From assembly GCA_044070495.1 (NCBI GenBank), contig JBIPSI010000006.1, forward strand, positions 32,001-96,000: a DNA stretch of 64,000 nt. The letters are read 5' to 3'. Below, one piece after another: positions 61,836 through 64,000 of the stretch; position 1 is the stretch's first letter; each line of letters opens with the position of its first letter. The translations under genes and the position numbers were made by a program. Under the pieces are notes generated by a model. It was not told the origin of the DNA and made no database searches. It saw nothing but the letters and a program-made list of their open reading frames with translations. Source of the DNA: Spirulina sp. Lineage in GTDB: Bacteria; Cyanobacteriota; Cyanobacteriia; Phormidesmidales; Phormidesmidaceae.

Positions 61836-62477
61836 ATGACGGTTTCCTCCTCCCTGCGCCCTACCCTCAAGACCGAACTCCTGACCCGCATTCACCATCT
61901 GGATTCGGCGGAGGCCCTACTTCCCACCAGCCATCCCGACATTGATCAACTGATCCACGACCTAGAGGCCATCACACCCATCGCCCAACCCCTCCAGCCC
62001 GACCACTGGCCCACCCTGCTGGGCACCTGGGATTTGATCTACGCCTCCCAGGGCACCGTGGTTACCCGCCGCATGCCGACCCTGTGGCCCGTGGGTATCC
62101 GGCGGGTGTGGCAGCGGCTCACCCAGTCCTCTCAGGCCACAGCCCCCATTGCCGCTGAGAATGGGGCCGTTGTTAGCCTTCCCCTGGTGGGCGAACTAAC
62201 GGCCATTGCCCAAGGGCTTTGGCGGCCCTACGAAGAAGCCGAAAGTGCCAGTGTGAGCTTTGGAGCCTTTAGCCTGCAACCCACACGACTGTTGGGGGTG
62301 GCGGGGTTACATCTGCCCAAGCTCACCCTGCCCATTTTTGAAACTCTGCGGCGGGAGGCCCTATGGATTACCTCCTACCTGGATGACGATCTCCGGGTGG
62401 GGCGCGGCGCAACGGGAAACCTGTTTGTGTTTCAGCGCACTCCGGTAGAACGCCCTGCCTGGGCCAGTAAAACTTAG
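61836..62477 (+). CDS. PAP/fibrillin family protein
   Basis: LEAITP, LLGTWDLIYAS and ITSYLDDDLRVGRG..GNLFVF motifs. Confidence 0.88.
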   Translation: MTVSSSLRPTLKTELLTRIHHLDSAEALLPTSHPDIDQLIHDLEAITPIAQPLQPDHWPTLLGTWDLIYASQGTVVTRRMPTLWPVGIRRVWQRLTQSSQATAPIAAENGAVVSLPLVGELTAIAQGLWRPYEEAESASVSFGAFSLQPTRLLGVAGLHLPKLTLPIFETLRREALWITSYLDDDLRVGRGATGNLFVFQRTPVERPAWASKT

Positions 62478-63256
62478 GCAGATCGGGTGCGTTTGCCCTG
62501 GGTGGCCGGAATAGTGTTTTTGCTGCGTAGGGTAACGTTGACACCATCGTTGGATTGTTCCACCACGAGCAGCGGGGTGGGTTTGGCCTTTTGATCCCAG
62601 TGCATATAGGCGAGGCGGCCTTGGATGGTGGGCTGCCAGTGGCAATCATCCGACTGAGGACTCATGAAGTTTTCGATGCAGGCAATCAACTGCTCGATGG
62701 TGGCGGAGGTCGCCTGGGTAGGTAGTTTGGCCAGTTTGATTTGGATGCGGAACAGTACCCGTTTCCGGGCCGAGGGGTTGTCGCTGAGGTTGTACTCTAC
62801 GTCAAAAATTTCATCGACGATGCGGGTTTTCGCAGCAACCCCCACCAGCCCAATTTCCGCTTGCTGGGGCCGCAGGGCTACGGTGATTTTTTGCTTCACC
62901 TTCACTTTTAACTGGTTCACAATGGCGGAGTGGAAGCCGTCTTCCTCCATCCGCATCCGCAGATAGTCGAGGTTGCACTCACGGGAGTGAACCAAGTCGG
63001 GGTTGCGCTCCATGCGGGTGATGGTCTCTAGGGCCATCTTGACTTTCTTTTGCAGTTCCTGGTTTTTGTAGGTTTGGAACTTGAGCTGCTTCACCAACTG
63101 CTTGGTTTTGAGGTGAGAGACAATGCCCAGGGCGATGAGCAGAACTCCCAAGCCTCCGGTGGCCAACATCCACGGATTTTCGAGGATCTGCGGGGATTTG
63201 CTAGGAGCAGGGGCCTGAGCAACCGAGGTATATAGAACAACTGAGGAGGTAGTCAT
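62474..63256 (-). CDS. Conserved hypothetical protein with a single TM segment and a coiled coil; start uncertain
   Basis: TM segment followed by a coiled coil; NPDLVHSRE and WDQKAKPTPLL motifs. Confidence 0.7.
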   Translation of the reverse strand: MTTSSVVLYTSVAQAPAPSKSPQILENPWMLATGGLGVLLIALGIVSHLKTKQLVKQLKFQTYKNQELQKKVKMALETITRMERNPDLVHSRECNLDYLRMRMEEDGFHSAIVNQLKVKVKQKITVALRPQQAEIGLVGVAAKTRIVDEIFDVEYNLSDNPSARKRVLFRIQIKLAKLPTQATSATIEQLIACIENFMSPQSDDCHWQPTIQGRLAYMHWDQKAKPTPLLVVEQSNDGVNVTLRSKNTIPATQGKRTRSA

Positions 63257-63446
63257 CGCAGGTTCGCCGCAAAGGGTTTTCTTGGACTTAGGCTTAGGTT
63301 GCCCTGATCTGGCCCAAAGCCATCTACGTTCTACACATTTAGTCGTAATTTCGCGATGCTTTAGCATTTCCTTTATAAAGCCGATTGGAGCGGTCGGGGG
63401 GTAACTGAGGCTGTCTCCGATCCCCAGCGGAGTTTGATGGATCACG

Positions 63447-63809
63447 TTATCCGCGATTCTTACTTTGAATCGAGCTGGATCGAACCCTACCGTGGAAAGC
63501 ACTACTACCGAGGGCTTCGGCCCCGGTCTGAGCGGCAGTCAGAGGATCTCCAGGATTTCCTGTGCGACGGTGGAGGGTGCCGAAATCCTGGTTGACCGAC
63601 AAACTCGCCAGCATCCAGATCCCTCGTAGGGTCAGGAGACCTGCCCCCTGCATTATCCAAAGGATATAGGGGCGCGGTTGCTGTGCCCGGTGCAACGTCT
63701 GTGAGTCAAGCAGGCCGAAATCATCCGGAGCCCTCACCTGTTGCTTTAGGTTATCGGTAGCGGTGGCCAGGGCAACGGCTCCGCACCGTGGACACACCTT
63801 AGACGCCAT
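63447..63809 (-). CDS. Possible hypothetical protein
   Basis: 120-codon ORF with an N-terminal CPRCG; no recognisable family. Confidence 0.25.
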   Translation of the reverse strand: MASKVCPRCGAVALATATDNLKQQVRAPDDFGLLDSQTLHRAQQPRPYILWIMQGAGLLTLRGIWMLASLSVNQDFGTLHRRTGNPGDPLTAAQTGAEALGSSAFHGRVRSSSIQSKNRG

Positions 63810-64000
63810 GAATCAGACGGAAACGGCTTGATCCGAGACCCACCCGTGTTGGGTCATGGGCCAACATGGCAAATTGGCACCTGCTTTATCAGAAGAGTTG
63901 TTAGATTCAGCTTTGCCTACGGCGAATTGTCAGACAAAACTTGTTAGCTAGATCCTCGGAAGCCCTCACCCTAGCCCTCTTTCTCAGGAAGAGGACACTG

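Overview
Cyanobacterial chromosomal window, probably from a Leptolyngbya/Nodosilinea-like filamentous lineage (inferred from psbU, ycf54, ggpS and a PEP-CTERM gene). It is mostly housekeeping. It starts with a large multi-sensor histidine kinase that runs off the left edge, followed by ispE, rsmA, dxs, smpB, a type II NADH dehydrogenase and the SRP RNA. Next come the glucosylglycerol cluster (ggpS-glpD-gpsA) flanked by two toxin-antitoxin modules, glgX, an ABC-2 exporter and ctaA/ctaB. The centre holds the rplS-tRNA-Trp-secE-nusG-rplKAJL cluster. The right part carries wza/wzc, pdxJ, ycf54, crtE, folD, psbU, nadB, a UvrD helicase with an inserted DEDDh exonuclease, dapF, hfq, a ComFB/CdgR-like gene, a TRAP permease and ktrB. 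Best candidate for something undescribed: a 73-aa basic ORF (37121-37342) just downstream of rplL. It has its own promoter and Shine-Dalgarno, a KGRGGS motif, and an intrinsic terminator inside the coding region upstream of the stop codon, which is the architecture of tmRNA-controlled alternative ribosome rescue factors (ArfA/BrfA type). Also notable: CCCTAGGG is strongly iterated while canonical HIP1 was not seen; a 26-bp perfect palindrome lies between ggpS and a TA operon; both toxins look disabled; there is a MITE with a 5-bp target-site duplication and a dispersed GTAG-type REP family. All calls were made by eye from the sequence; no searches were run.
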